Of a stretch of 64,000 nucleotides of DNA, positions 47,344 through 57,644 are shown in pieces. Every line of letters begins with the position of its first letter. Within the stretch, counting starts at the first letter, position 1. The stretch comes from an uncultured Acidobacteriota bacterium (GTDB lineage: Bacteria; Acidobacteriota; Thermoanaerobaculia; Multivoradales; UBA5704): assembly GCA_963700145.1 (NCBI GenBank), contig OY969474.1:1280001-1344000 (forward strand), written 5' to 3'. A program made the translations under genes and the position numbers. Below the pieces are notes generated by a model, which saw only the letters and a program-made list of their open reading frames with translations, made no database searches and was not told the DNA's origin.

Positions 47344-49122
47344 ATGCACCGCACGGCCTCCTTCGCCGCCGCTCTCCTCCTCGCCGCCGCGCCCCATGGC
47401 GCGCGGGCCGCCGAGCCGGCCGCCGCGCCGCCTGCCGAGCCCACGTTCTTTGAGGTCATCGACGTCCGCGTCGTCAACGTCGAGGTGATCGTCACCGACC
47501 GCGCCGGGCAGCCGGTGCCGGGGCTGGCGCGCGAGGACTTTGAGCTCCTGGAGGACGGCCGCCCGGTCCAGATCGACTACTTCTACGCCGAGAGCTCCGC
47601 GCCGGGAGCGGAGACGGCGCCGCCCGCGGCGGACCCGGCCATCACCGCGGACACTCCCCCACCCGCGCCGGCGGTGCTCGAGCCCTCCCCCGAGCAGCGG
47701 TTGCACGTCGGCGTCTTCATCGACGACCAGAGCCTGACGGCGCCGGCGCGCAACCGGCTGCTGCCGGCGCTCCGCCGCTTCCTCGGCACCGAGCTCGGGC
47801 GCGGCGACCGGCTCCTCCTCGCCCGTTACGACGGCAGCCTCACCGTGCAGCAGCCGCCGGTCGGCAGCTCAGGGGCGATCGAGGCCGCCCTCGACGCCGC
47901 GGGCCGCGGCTCGGCGCGCGGCTCCGACCGCCGCGCCGACCTGGCGCACCTGCTGCGTGAGCTGCAGGGGGGCCAACTCGCCGGCGAGAGCGAGAACGAC
48001 CATTCCGAGATGGACGCCGCCGGGATCTACGCCGGCATCCGCATGTACTCGCAGACCCGCTACGACGAGGTGCGGCGCACGCTCGGCGCCCTGTCGCAGG
48101 TGGTCGATGCGCTCGCCGGCCTGCCCGGGCGCAAGGCGCTGCTCTATGTCGGCGGCGGCCTTTCGCTGCGGCCCGGCGAGGCGCTCTACCGCGCCTTCGA
48201 GGGGAAGTACGGGCGCCTGGCGATGCGCGTCGGCGGCTCGCCGAACGACATTCTCCAGCACGACGCCACGCCGCTCCTGCGCGATCTGGCGGCGCGCGCC
48301 AACGCCGGCCGCGTCACCGTCTACGCCATCGGTGCGCCGGAGGACCAGGGCAGCCTCGCCCTCGAGCAGCGGCTGGACCCGCGGGCGATGAACACGCCGA
48401 GCGGCGGCATCACCTGGTCGACCGAGCTGGCCGCCAGCGAGAGCTTCAACCTGAGCGAGCCGTTGCAGATGATGGCCGGCCCGACCGGCGGCGTCGCCGC
48501 CTTCGACACGCCGAACCCGGGTGCTCTCCTGGCGACCGTGCAGCGCGACCTCTCGTCGTACTACTCGCTGGGCTTCGTCCCGTCGCGGCGCGACGGCGAC
48601 GCACGCCGGCTCGAGGTGCGGGTCAAGCGCCCGGACCTGCGGGTGCGCCATCGCGAGGGGTACCGCGAGGCGACCGGCCGCGAGCGTGCGGCGCGCGGCA
48701 CGCGCTCGGCGATCTTCCTCGGCTGGAGCGAGAACCCGCTCGAGGCGGCGATCGAGGTCGAGGGCTCGACGCTCGACCGCGACGGGCAGCTCCTCGTCGA
48801 TCTCCTGGTCAAGGTGCCGCTCGGCAAGCTCGTGCTGCTGCCGCAGGCCGACTTCCACGAGGGGCGGCTCACCGTTTTCGTCGGGGCGCGCGACCGGCAC
48901 GGCCGCACCTCCGACCTGACGGAGGTCGTGATCCCGATCCGCGTCCCCAACGATCAGCTCCTCACGGCGCTCGGGCAGGTCGCCGGTTATCGCGCCCGCC
49001 TCCGCCTGCGGCCGATCGAGCACCTGGTGGCGGTCGGCGTCCGCGACGAGCTGGGCAACGTCGAGTCGACGGCGACCACGGAGTTCCGTCCCGAGGCGGC
49101 CGCCGCCGGCTCCGGGCGCTGA
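47344..49122 (+). CDS. VWA-domain protein (acidobacterial VWFA-related type)
   Basis: EVIDVRVVNVEVIVTDRAGQPVPGLAREDFELLEDG, PGRKALL, YYSLGF, VRHREGY. Confidence 0.88.
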   Translation: MHRTASFAAALLLAAAPHGARAAEPAAAPPAEPTFFEVIDVRVVNVEVIVTDRAGQPVPGLAREDFELLEDGRPVQIDYFYAESSAPGAETAPPAADPAITADTPPPAPAVLEPSPEQRLHVGVFIDDQSLTAPARNRLLPALRRFLGTELGRGDRLLLARYDGSLTVQQPPVGSSGAIEAALDAAGRGSARGSDRRADLAHLLRELQGGQLAGESENDHSEMDAAGIYAGIRMYSQTRYDEVRRTLGALSQVVDALAGLPGRKALLYVGGGLSLRPGEALYRAFEGKYGRLAMRVGGSPNDILQHDATPLLRDLAARANAGRVTVYAIGAPEDQGSLALEQRLDPRAMNTPSGGITWSTELAASESFNLSEPLQMMAGPTGGVAAFDTPNPGALLATVQRDLSSYYSLGFVPSRRDGDARRLEVRVKRPDLRVRHREGYREATGRERAARGTRSAIFLGWSENPLEAAIEVEGSTLDRDGQLLVDLLVKVPLGKLVLLPQADFHEGRLTVFVGARDRHGRTSDLTEVVIPIRVPNDQLLTALGQVAGYRARLRLRPIEHLVAVGVRDELGNVESTATTEFRPEAAAAGSGR

Positions 49123-51218
49123 TGGTCTTGCGGCGGCGCGCCATCTCGGGCGCCACCCTCTTCGCGGCGGCGCTCGCCGCCGCGGCGCAGGCGCCCCCGG
49201 CGCCCGCCGCTCCTCCCCCGCCGCTCCGCTCGATGCCGGCCGGCGGCCTGCCGGCCGACGCCGCCGCCCTGCTCGTCAGCGGGCAGGAGGGCGGCGCGCT
49301 CCCCTTCGCCGTCCTCGCGCTCCCGCTGCCGGGAACGGGCGAGCGCGCCCGCGTCGCGGTGCGCGTCGAGATCGACGGCGCAACCTTGCTGGCGGCGACC
49401 GCGGAGCCGCCGGTGCGCGCCGAGGTCTACCTCTACGCCCTCGACGAGCGCGGGCGGATCGGCGACTCGCTCCTCGAGGTCCTCGAGGTCGATGCCGAGC
49501 GCCTCGGCGACGAGCTGGCCGCCGCCGGCGCGGCGCTCTCCGGCCAGCTCGCGCTCCTTCCCGGTGCCTACACCCTGCGGGCCCTGGTCCGCGCGCCGAG
49601 CACCGGCGTGCTCGGACTGCGCGCCATGCCGCTGGCCGTCCCCGACTTTCGACGTGGCACGCCGGCCCTCCTCCCGCCGCTCTTCCCCGCTCCCGCCGGC
49701 GGCTGGCTGGAGGTGAGCGCGTCGCGCGGGGCCGCGCCGTCGGACGTCCTGGGGACCGCGCGCGCGGCGGCGCGGGCGGTGCTGGCGCCCGGCGCCGCGG
49801 CGACCGCCGAGCTGCCGGTGTGGCGCACCGGCGAGTCCGGGGAGGTGACGCTGGAGGCGCGGCCGGACGCGGCAGGCCAGGGAGATGGCGGGGCGGCGGT
49901 GGCGCTGCCGGCCCGCGTGACCGGGCGGCGAGCGACCTCGATCGCCGGGCTCGACGTGCTGACCGTCGCGTTCGAGACCCGCTCCCTCCCGCCCGGAAGC
50001 TATGCGCTGACTGCGTCGCTCGCCGGCACCCGCTCGGCGGCGGCCGCCGTCACGGTCACCGCCGGCGCGGAGGAGGTGACCTGGGCGCAGCTCGGCGACG
50101 CCAGCGAGCCGGCCGTCGCGGCCGCCGCGCCAGGCACGCAGACCGCCCCCCGCCCCGCACGCCGCAACCGGCAGGCCACCGCCGCGTTGCGCACTGGGTT
50201 CCGCGAGGCGCTCCGCCGTCTCGCCGCCGGCGAGGCCGCCGCCGCCCGCGCCGCCCTGCGCGACCTAGAAGTCGCCGAGCTCGGCGGCGCGCGGCCGGCC
50301 GCCCCAGAAGCGCTCGCCGAGGTGGAGCTGGGGGTCGCGGTGGAGCTCGCCGCTGCGCACCCGGAGGCGCTGGTGCCCGTCCTCCTCCTCTATCAGCAGC
50401 TCCACCGCGAGCACCTGGAGGCCAAGCGCTACCTGCCGGCGGCGCACACGGCGGAGATGACCTTCGCGTTGGCCGACCTCTACGCCGGCCGCGGCGGACC
50501 GGCGGCGCGCCCGCTGGCGGCGCGCCTCCTGGTCGCGCTGGCGCTGGCCGACCTCGACCGCCCCCTCGGCGGCTTCGCCCTGCGCGCGCTGCGCGAGGCG
50601 CTGGCGCTGCACCCCGACGACGAGGTCGCCCTCTTGGCGCTGGCGGTCGAGGCCGAGCGGCGCGCGCTCTACCGGGAAGCCGTCGAGCGGCTCGAGCGAC
50701 TGCGGCGCCTCCGCCCGGCGGACGCGGAGGTGCGGCTCCGTCTCGCGGTCAACCTGGCGCGCGTGGGCAACGAGCGCGAGGCGAGGGGCCTGCTGGAGGA
50801 GCTGACGCGCGCGGCACCGGCCGGCGCGACGGCCGACGCCGCGGAGGACTGGCCGGTCGCGGTGGCCTTCCACGAGCTGGCCCGGCTGCAGCTGGCGGCC
50901 GAGGAGCCCGCCGCCGCGGAGCGGACGGCCCGCGCGGGGCTCGCCCGCTTCCCGCGCGACGAGAAGCTCGCGCTCCTCCTCGCCCTCGCGCTCGACCTCC
51001 AGGGACGGGGCGTCGAGGCGCGGCAGGAGCTCGGCGTGCTCAGCCCGGGCGGCGAGAGCGCCGCCTCGCCGCGCCACCGCTACGCCCGCCTGCCCGAGGG
51101 AGCGCTGGCGCGCGCCCGCCGCGAGCTGGAGCGGAGCGCGGCCGAGCGGCTCCCCTCTCTCGCCGCGGCCCTCGGCGGCCGCGAGGCGAGCGGCGCGCGG
51201 CCCGGAGGACCACCGTGA
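49122..51218 (+). CDS. Secreted TPR-repeat protein
   Basis: Signal peptide; C-terminal TPR-like helices; coupled to both neighbours. Confidence 0.75.
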   Translation: MVLRRRAISGATLFAAALAAAAQAPPAPAAPPPPLRSMPAGGLPADAAALLVSGQEGGALPFAVLALPLPGTGERARVAVRVEIDGATLLAATAEPPVRAEVYLYALDERGRIGDSLLEVLEVDAERLGDELAAAGAALSGQLALLPGAYTLRALVRAPSTGVLGLRAMPLAVPDFRRGTPALLPPLFPAPAGGWLEVSASRGAAPSDVLGTARAAARAVLAPGAAATAELPVWRTGESGEVTLEARPDAAGQGDGGAAVALPARVTGRRATSIAGLDVLTVAFETRSLPPGSYALTASLAGTRSAAAAVTVTAGAEEVTWAQLGDASEPAVAAAAPGTQTAPRPARRNRQATAALRTGFREALRRLAAGEAAAARAALRDLEVAELGGARPAAPEALAEVELGVAVELAAAHPEALVPVLLLYQQLHREHLEAKRYLPAAHTAEMTFALADLYAGRGGPAARPLAARLLVALALADLDRPLGGFALRALREALALHPDDEVALLALAVEAERRALYREAVERLERLRRLRPADAEVRLRLAVNLARVGNEREARGLLEELTRAAPAGATADAAEDWPVAVAFHELARLQLAAEEPAAAERTARAGLARFPRDEKLALLLALALDLQGRGVEARQELGVLSPGGESAASPRHRYARLPEGALARARRELERSAAERLPSLAAALGGREASGARPGGPP

Positions 51219-52426
51219 GGCGGGCGCTCCTCGCCGCGCCGGTCGCGGTCCTCCTCGCCGCCCTGCCCATCGCCGGCGGCGCCGCGCCGGAGCCCTTCTC
51301 GGTCGCCATCGTGCGACCTTCGCCGGGCGTCGCGGTCTTCGGCGACTTCGAGGTCGAGGTGGCGGTGCGGCCGGCCGGCGCCGCGGTCCGCGCGCTGGAG
51401 ATCTACCTCGACGGCGTCCGCGCCGCCCTCCTCGAAGCTCCGCCGTGGCGCGCAGTCCTCCAGACCGGGCAGCAGAACGAGGAGCACCGGATCGAGGTCG
51501 TGGCGCGCGACGCCGCCGGCCACACCGCGACCGTCGGCCTCACCACCGCGAAGATCCGCACCGACATGGAGGTCCTCGTCGAGCTGCGCCAGCTCTACGT
51601 GCGCGTCGAGCGCGACGGGCTGCCGGTCCTCGACCTCGACCGCAGCGACTTCACGGTGCTCGACGGCGGCGCCGTCCAGCCGCTCGTCGCCTTCGCGCGC
51701 GGCGACGCGCCGTTCAGCGCCGCGCTGCTGGTCGACGCCAGCACGAGCATGCGGGGCGACCGGCTGGCCACCGCGCTGCAAGGGGCGCGCACGTTCGCCG
51801 CCGGCATGCAGCGGCTGGACGAGGCGAAGCTGCTCCTCTTCTCCGACCGCCTGCTCCTCGAGACCCCCTTCACCAACCTCGCGCCGATCCTGGCGCTGCC
51901 GCTCGAGCGCACGACCGCCGGCGGCGGCTCCGCCGTCTACGACACTCTCTACCTCGCGCTCAAGCGGCTGGAGGCGCGGCCGGGACGGCGCGTCGTCGTC
52001 CTTCTCTCCGACGGCGTGGACGTCGAGAGCGCGCTGCCGATCGAGCGCGTGCAGTGGGCCGCGCGCCGCAGCCAGGCGGTCCTCTACTGGCTGCGCCTGC
52101 ATCGCCCGGAGGACGACCTCGCGCCCGACCAGGTGCACCGCCTCTCGGCCTGGCGCGACGCTGCGGGCCACCGGCTGGGGCCGGAGCTGCTGGAGCAGAC
52201 GGTGGTCGAGAGCGGCGGGCGGGTGGAGGTCCTGGCGCAAATCCAGGAGGTCGGCCCGGCGCTCGAGCGCCTCCTCGCCGAGCTGCGCGACCAGTACCTG
52301 CTCGGCTACCAGCCGGCCGGCGGCCGCGCCCGCCCCGACGGCTGGCGCGACGTGCGCGTCGTGGTGCGCGACCCGGCGAAGACCGGGCTCGCCGTGCGCG
52401 CGCCGCGCGGCTATCTCGAGCCCTGA
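51215..52426 (+). CDS. Ig-like plus VWA domain protein
   Basis: MIDAS motif DASTSM, LSDGVD, LRDQYLLGY; GTGA overlap. Confidence 0.85.
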   Translation: MRRALLAAPVAVLLAALPIAGGAAPEPFSVAIVRPSPGVAVFGDFEVEVAVRPAGAAVRALEIYLDGVRAALLEAPPWRAVLQTGQQNEEHRIEVVARDAAGHTATVGLTTAKIRTDMEVLVELRQLYVRVERDGLPVLDLDRSDFTVLDGGAVQPLVAFARGDAPFSAALLVDASTSMRGDRLATALQGARTFAAGMQRLDEAKLLLFSDRLLLETPFTNLAPILALPLERTTAGGGSAVYDTLYLALKRLEARPGRRVVVLLSDGVDVESALPIERVQWAARRSQAVLYWLRLHRPEDDLAPDQVHRLSAWRDAAGHRLGPELLEQTVVESGGRVEVLAQIQEVGPALERLLAELRDQYLLGYQPAGGRARPDGWRDVRVVVRDPAKTGLAVRAPRGYLEP

Positions 52427-52506
52427 CGCGCCTGGTCTCCGACCTGGTATGCGCCTTGCTCTATAGGGGGCGCGGAGCGATGGAGTTCCCCTAGGAGGAG
52501 ACAACG

Positions 52507-53031
52507 ATGAGACCGAAGATTCTGTGGTGCCTCACCCTGGCCGCGCTGCTGCCACTGGCATTCGCTTGCAAGGGGCACGACCGGGCCGACCTCGACGAGC
52601 CGGAGGACGTCGCCGCGGCGGCCACGACCGACGAGATTGGAGGGACCGGCGAAGCGGGCGACCTCAACCCTCTCGAAGCGCAGATGGCGATCGACGACGT
52701 GACGCTGGGCAGCAAGGCCGGCGCCGACGGCACGATCGCCGAGGCCGATCAGGAAGACGACTTCACCCCGGGCGAGCCGATCGTCGTCGCCATGGAAGTC
52801 GGGGACGTGCAGCCGGGCTCGGCCGTCAAGGTGCTCTGGTTCGGCCCCAACGAGACCAAGATCGGCGAGGAGAGCAAGACCGTCGTGAGCGGCCAGAGCT
52901 ACCTCAACTTCAACGCCGCCGACACCGGCGACTGGGCCAAGGGCGACTACCGGGTCGAGGTCTGGATCGGCGACGAGAAGGTCAACCAGCAGCAGTTCCA
53001 GATCGTCGACGAGGACGACGCGGCGACCTAG
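52507..53031 (+). CDS. Acidic lipoprotein
   Basis: AGGAGGAG RBS; lipobox LAFAC; GDYRVEVW. Confidence 0.8.
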   Translation: MRPKILWCLTLAALLPLAFACKGHDRADLDEPEDVAAAATTDEIGGTGEAGDLNPLEAQMAIDDVTLGSKAGADGTIAEADQEDDFTPGEPIVVAMEVGDVQPGSAVKVLWFGPNETKIGEESKTVVSGQSYLNFNAADTGDWAKGDYRVEVWIGDEKVNQQQFQIVDEDDAAT

Positions 53032-53080
53032 GTCTCCGCACCGCGGCTCCGTGCGAGCCGTGTTCGAGCTTCTCCCCGAG

Positions 53081-53120
53081 CGGCGGCAGCGAGGGCTTTC
53101 CTCCTGCCGCCGTCTTTTTC
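53081..53120 (+). terminator. Rho-independent terminator
   Basis: cggcggcag...ctgccgccg stem followed by tctttttc. Confidence 0.65.
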
Positions 53121-53127
53121 TTGCCGC

Positions 53128-55077
53128 TCAGAACGCCGGGGCCTGGCTCCCGCCGCACTGCCTGGCGTCGGGCTGATCGTAGGTCCGGACCGCCTTCGTG
53201 CGCGTGTCGGTGATGGTCAGCGTGTACGGCCGCGCCACCAGCGGCGCATACGTGACATTGAACTTCTTGCCGGCGGGCTGGATGTCGACGATCAGCTCCG
53301 GGTCGCCGCCGTCGCCGAAGTCGAGCGCGCCGCTGTTGCGCGGCACCAGCGGCACCGCTCCCGCCGCGTGCTCGCCCTGCGTGTCGCGCCAGACGGCGCG
53401 CACGGCGAAGCGGTTGTGCAGGCAGACGGTCGTCGCATCGGGCTTGCAGCCGCCGGCGGGCTTCTTGGCCTCGGCGGCGGTGCGGCTGGCCGAGGCGAAC
53501 GCGCGCTCGCTGCCGCCGCACCCGGACTCGCCGAACCAGGTGTAGTACTCGTGACTGCCGGTCTGCAGGTCGCGCAGGTAGATCTCGTAATAGGCGCCAG
53601 AGAGCGGCGCGTGGCTGACGGTGACGTTGCGACCGTCGTCGACGAAGCGCAGGGCCAGGTCGACGCTGTTGAGGTCGCCGAAGCTGAAGAGCCCGAGGGA
53701 GCCCGGCCCCTTCAACGCCTTGCCGCGGCCGAGCTTGACGGCGTACGGGTCGTACCACTCGACGTCGGCCTGGTAGCGCCCGCCCAGGCAGAGCGTGTTC
53801 GGTCCCGGCACGCAGCCGCCCACCGGCGGCCCGGTGAAGCGGCCGCGGACGGCCCGGATCACCGCGCTGTTGTCGCGCTTGCCGGCGATCCCCGTCGGGG
53901 TGCCGTTGAAGCGGATCGCCGGGTTCGAAAAGTGGGGGATGGTGCCGCAGCCCTGCGTGCAGTCGTCCGGGTAGGACATGATCGTGCGGAAACGCCCGTC
54001 GACGAAGTGCCCGTAGGCGTGCGGAAAGAGCGCGACCGACAGCGGCGAGCCGTAGCCCGGGTCGTGCTCGCAGCCCAGGGTGTGTCCCAGCTCGTGGATC
54101 AGCGTGAAGCCCGAGGCGCAGGACGCCGAGACGATGGAGCTGCCCTGCGGCGCGCGGCTGGCGTCCAGGAAGACGTCCTTGCGCATCAGGTCGGCGATGC
54201 CGCAGATCGTCTGCCCGCCCGTCCGCGGCTGACTGGTGACGAGGACCACCTGGTTGGCCCCCCACTGGCGCCGCAGATCGGCGACCGCCGGGCTGAGCGC
54301 CACCCATTGGAGGTCGTCGTAGACCTCGGCCTGCTCGATGTGATCGGTCCGCAGGATCTGCACCAGCTCGATCGTCACCGGGACCTGGCTGTTGGCGAAG
54401 GCGCTGTTGCCGAGATCGACGGCGTGCCGCACCTGGTTGACGAGGTTATCGAAGCTGCGCAGCGTGACGGTGGCTCCCGAGGTCGCCAGCACGAGCAGCC
54501 GCAGCGTCGTCGTGGGCGGCACCTTCGGCGGCTTGGGCTTGGCGGCGGCGGTGACGGAGTGCAAGCCGCCCTCCGGCTCCGGGCCGTCCGCGAGCAGGTT
54601 CGGCATGTCCGAGCGCTCGCGCACGCCGCAGGGCGGGAGCTGGGAATCGTCGATCAGCGCCAGCCGGTGGCCGCCGCCCTCGGCCGGCAGGATCTGGTAG
54701 GTCGCTTCCGCCGTCCTGATCGTGCCCAGGACCGCGTTCTCCCCCACGGTCAGCGTGGCGCTGCCGATCTCCCGCCCGCTCTCGCGGTCCACCAGCCGGC
54801 CCCGCCAGGCGAAGCTCCCGGCCGGCCGCAGGTCGATGCCGCTGCGCACCAGCTCGTAGGTGCGGCCGTCCAGGAGAGGCAGCAGGACCCGCTGGTCCGC
54901 CAGCGCCCGGCGGTCGATCTCGACCTCCTGCTCGGCGACGACGTCGAGCTGCTCGCTGGGCGGCCCGGCGAGGCGCTCGGCGAAGCGGAGGAAGGCGCGA
55001 GGCTCCTCGGCCGCGGCGGCCGGGACGGCCGACGCCAGGAGGAGGAGCGCGAGGTGAGCGGCGGAACGGCGGACCAT
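53128..55077 (-). CDS. Secreted M12/reprolysin-like zinc metalloprotease
   Basis: HELGHTLGCEHD, Met-turn TIMSY, PHFSNP; two Cys-led C-terminal repeats. Confidence 0.9.
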   Translation of the reverse strand: MVRRSAAHLALLLLASAVPAAAAEEPRAFLRFAERLAGPPSEQLDVVAEQEVEIDRRALADQRVLLPLLDGRTYELVRSGIDLRPAGSFAWRGRLVDRESGREIGSATLTVGENAVLGTIRTAEATYQILPAEGGGHRLALIDDSQLPPCGVRERSDMPNLLADGPEPEGGLHSVTAAAKPKPPKVPPTTTLRLLVLATSGATVTLRSFDNLVNQVRHAVDLGNSAFANSQVPVTIELVQILRTDHIEQAEVYDDLQWVALSPAVADLRRQWGANQVVLVTSQPRTGGQTICGIADLMRKDVFLDASRAPQGSSIVSASCASGFTLIHELGHTLGCEHDPGYGSPLSVALFPHAYGHFVDGRFRTIMSYPDDCTQGCGTIPHFSNPAIRFNGTPTGIAGKRDNSAVIRAVRGRFTGPPVGGCVPGPNTLCLGGRYQADVEWYDPYAVKLGRGKALKGPGSLGLFSFGDLNSVDLALRFVDDGRNVTVSHAPLSGAYYEIYLRDLQTGSHEYYTWFGESGCGGSERAFASASRTAAEAKKPAGGCKPDATTVCLHNRFAVRAVWRDTQGEHAAGAVPLVPRNSGALDFGDGGDPELIVDIQPAGKKFNVTYAPLVARPYTLTITDTRTKAVRTYDQPDARQCGGSQAPAF

Positions 55078-55122
55078 GAAGCCTCCTTGCGGCGGGAGAA
55101 CCACGGAGAGTTTGGTTACATT

Positions 55123-55599
55123 CTACTCCGGCAGGCGAGTGTTCTGCCAGGCGGCGAGGCGCCAGGCGCCCCCCTCGCGGACGTACACCGCGAGGTAGCG
55201 GGCGGCGAAGGCCACGTCCCGTCCGCCGGCGGTGGCCTGGACGTCGGCGCGCCCGGTGACGACGGCCGTGTCGCCGTAGACCCGTACCACCGCGTCCGGA
55301 GCGTCGATCGCCCTGTAGCGCAGCCGGCCCGAGGAGAGCGACTCCAGGAACTGCGCTTTCGTCTCGACCTGGCCGGTGGCGTGGGTATAGACGAGGTCGT
55401 CGGTGAGAAGCGGCGCGAGCGCCGCCGTGTCCCCCTGGACCATGATCTCGAGGCGGCGGGCCTGCGCCTCCCGCACCTGCTTTTCGGCCTCGGCCGAGGG
55501 GGTCTCGGTGTGCGGCGCGGCGAGCCCGGCAACCGGCGCGAAGAGAGCGACGAGGGCGGCGGCCGCGAGGGTGCGGTGCAGGTGCCGGGTCGAACGCAT
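55123..55599 (-). CDS. DUF4440 / NTF2-like secreted protein
   Basis: DDLVYTHATGQVETKAQF, VRVYGDTAVVTG, WRLAAWQNT. Confidence 0.88.
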   Translation of the reverse strand: MRSTRHLHRTLAAAALVALFAPVAGLAAPHTETPSAEAEKQVREAQARRLEIMVQGDTAALAPLLTDDLVYTHATGQVETKAQFLESLSSGRLRYRAIDAPDAVVRVYGDTAVVTGRADVQATAGGRDVAFAARYLAVYVREGGAWRLAAWQNTRLPE

Positions 55600-55622
55600 G
55601 CAGGTCCTTTCTGGCGGGGCGC

Positions 55623-57467
55623 TCAGCCCCGGATGCCGTGGCGCGCCATCTTGATCGTCAGCCCGTTGCGCGAGAGGCCGAGCAGGCGCGCCGCCTGCGA
55701 CTTGTTGCCGTGGGTGCGGCGCAAGGCCTCGCGGATCGCCGCCTGCTCGCAGGCCGCCACCAGGCCGTCCAGCGCGAGGTCCGAGCTGGCCTCGATCCGC
55801 GGCACCGTCTGGGTGGCGCTGCGCCGCACCTTCTCGGGAAGCAGGTTGACGTCGATCGGCCGGCCGGCCGGGCAGAGGTAGACGAGCTGGCGTGCGATGT
55901 TGCCGAGCTCCTCGAGGTTGCCCGGGTAGTCGTAGGCGAGGAGCGCCGACTTCGCCTTCATCGTGATCCCCTGCATCCGCTTGCCGGTCTCGTGGCAGAA
56001 CCGGTTGATGTAGGACTGCAGGAGCAGCGGCAGGTCCTCCTTGCGCTCCCGCAACGGCGGCACCTCGATCGTGCAGCGGGCGAGACGGTAGGCGAGGTCG
56101 ACCCGGAACTCGTCGCGCCCGGCCTTCTCCTCCAGCGAGTCGCGGCTGGCGGCGATGACCCGCACGTCGACCGTCTGCGCCAGGCTGCTGCCGGTGGCCT
56201 CGACCTCGCCGCTGCGCAGGAAGCGGACGAGGCGCGCCTGGGTCTCCGGCGGCAGCTGCTCGACGTCCTCGAGGTAGAGGGTGCCGCCGTGGGCCAGCGC
56301 CAGCTTCCCTTCGCGCCGCACCGGCCCGTCGCGCCCGGCTACCTCGGCGCCGAAGAGCTCGGCCTCGATCTGGTTCGGGCGGGCGCCGGCGCAGGTCGCC
56401 ACCACGAACGGGCCGTTGCGCCGCGGGCCGGACTGGTGGAGCGAGCGGGCGAGGATCTCCTTGCCGACCCCCGGCTCGCCGCGCAGCAGCACCGGCACCG
56501 CCGGGTCCACCGCCGAGCGCAGCTCCTCGATCACCTGCTGCATGCGCGGCGAGACGCCCATCGGCAGGCTCGGGTCGAGCACCAGGTCCTGCTGCCGCTG
56601 CCGGCCGGGGAGGATCGGCTCGTACCAGCCGACGTGGTGGATGAGGCCGAGGAGGACGAGGTTGCCGAGGGTGCGGAGGCCGGCGGCGGGCGACCAGCCG
56701 TCCGGTCGGTAGCGCGGGAAGGCGGTCAAGAGCTGGTAGTCGCGCTCCATCGCGGTGAAGGCGTGGCAGCAGCACCAGGCGGGCTCGCCGGCGAGGGTGC
56801 CGTCGAAGCTCACGCCGTCCTCTTGCACGGCGCCCTCGGTGTCGGCCGCGTCGGTCGGCCCGGTGAGGCGCGAGCGGAGCTGGTCCATCAGCTCCTCGCC
56901 GCTGGCCAGCCAGCGCTGCCGGGTGGCGACGGCGAGCTTGACGCCGGCCTGGTCCCCCTCGCCCAGCAGCAGCCAGAAGGCCCCGCCGGCGAAGTCGCCG
57001 AGGAGGTTGCGCACCAGGACCTCCGAAGGGGTGCGGCTCTCGGGGTCGGCGAGCACCCACTCGCTGAAGAGCGCCAGGTGGGCGACGATGCGCTCGGGGG
57101 TAATACGCGGGGTGTCCGGGACGTCCAGGACGATCGCGGGCGCCACCGCTTCGCCGGGGCGGGCGGGGCCGGGCGGGTCGGTGCGGACGTCCTCGACGAG
57201 GAGGGTGACGCCGCCGACGCGGATCTCGTCGAGGACTTCGAGGGCGGTTTCGCGCACTTTGCGGCCGGAGACGACCAGCCCGCGGCGGCTCCCCAGGTCT
57301 TCGATCCGCAAGGCGCTGCCGTCGAAGCGCAGCCGGGCGTGCTGCTGGGCCACGCCGACGTAGGGGAGGACGATGTCGCAGTCGGCCTTGCTGCCGATCA
57401 GCATCTCCTCCTGCGCCACCGGAAAGCGCTGCACCCCGTCCGGCGCATAAGCGACCAAGCGAAACAT
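55623..57467 (-). CDS. FHA domain plus sigma54-interaction-type AAA+ and Fis HTH regulator (degenerate)
   Basis: GEPGVGKE, VDVRVIAAS, FRVDLAYRL, PPLRERKEDL, YDYPGN, GNKSQAARLLGLSR. Confidence 0.88.
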   Translation of the reverse strand: MFRLVAYAPDGVQRFPVAQEEMLIGSKADCDIVLPYVGVAQQHARLRFDGSALRIEDLGSRRGLVVSGRKVRETALEVLDEIRVGGVTLLVEDVRTDPPGPARPGEAVAPAIVLDVPDTPRITPERIVAHLALFSEWVLADPESRTPSEVLVRNLLGDFAGGAFWLLLGEGDQAGVKLAVATRQRWLASGEELMDQLRSRLTGPTDAADTEGAVQEDGVSFDGTLAGEPAWCCCHAFTAMERDYQLLTAFPRYRPDGWSPAAGLRTLGNLVLLGLIHHVGWYEPILPGRQRQQDLVLDPSLPMGVSPRMQQVIEELRSAVDPAVPVLLRGEPGVGKEILARSLHQSGPRRNGPFVVATCAGARPNQIEAELFGAEVAGRDGPVRREGKLALAHGGTLYLEDVEQLPPETQARLVRFLRSGEVEATGSSLAQTVDVRVIAASRDSLEEKAGRDEFRVDLAYRLARCTIEVPPLRERKEDLPLLLQSYINRFCHETGKRMQGITMKAKSALLAYDYPGNLEELGNIARQLVYLCPAGRPIDVNLLPEKVRRSATQTVPRIEASSDLALDGLVAACEQAAIREALRRTHGNKSQAARLLGLSRNGLTIKMARHGIRG

Positions 57468-57644
57468 GGCGCTCAAAGGATACTCCAGGGGTCTTGGCGG
57501 GATGGGTTAACTCCCTCCCAACCCTCCCTGCGGCGGCCGTTCCGGTGTGGGGGCCCGCAGGCTCTCCTCCGCGCCCGGCGCTCCAGAGACCTGCGGGCCC
57601 TAGAACCGGCGGTGGAGCCCCTGCCGATGTCTGGCCGAGCCCTT

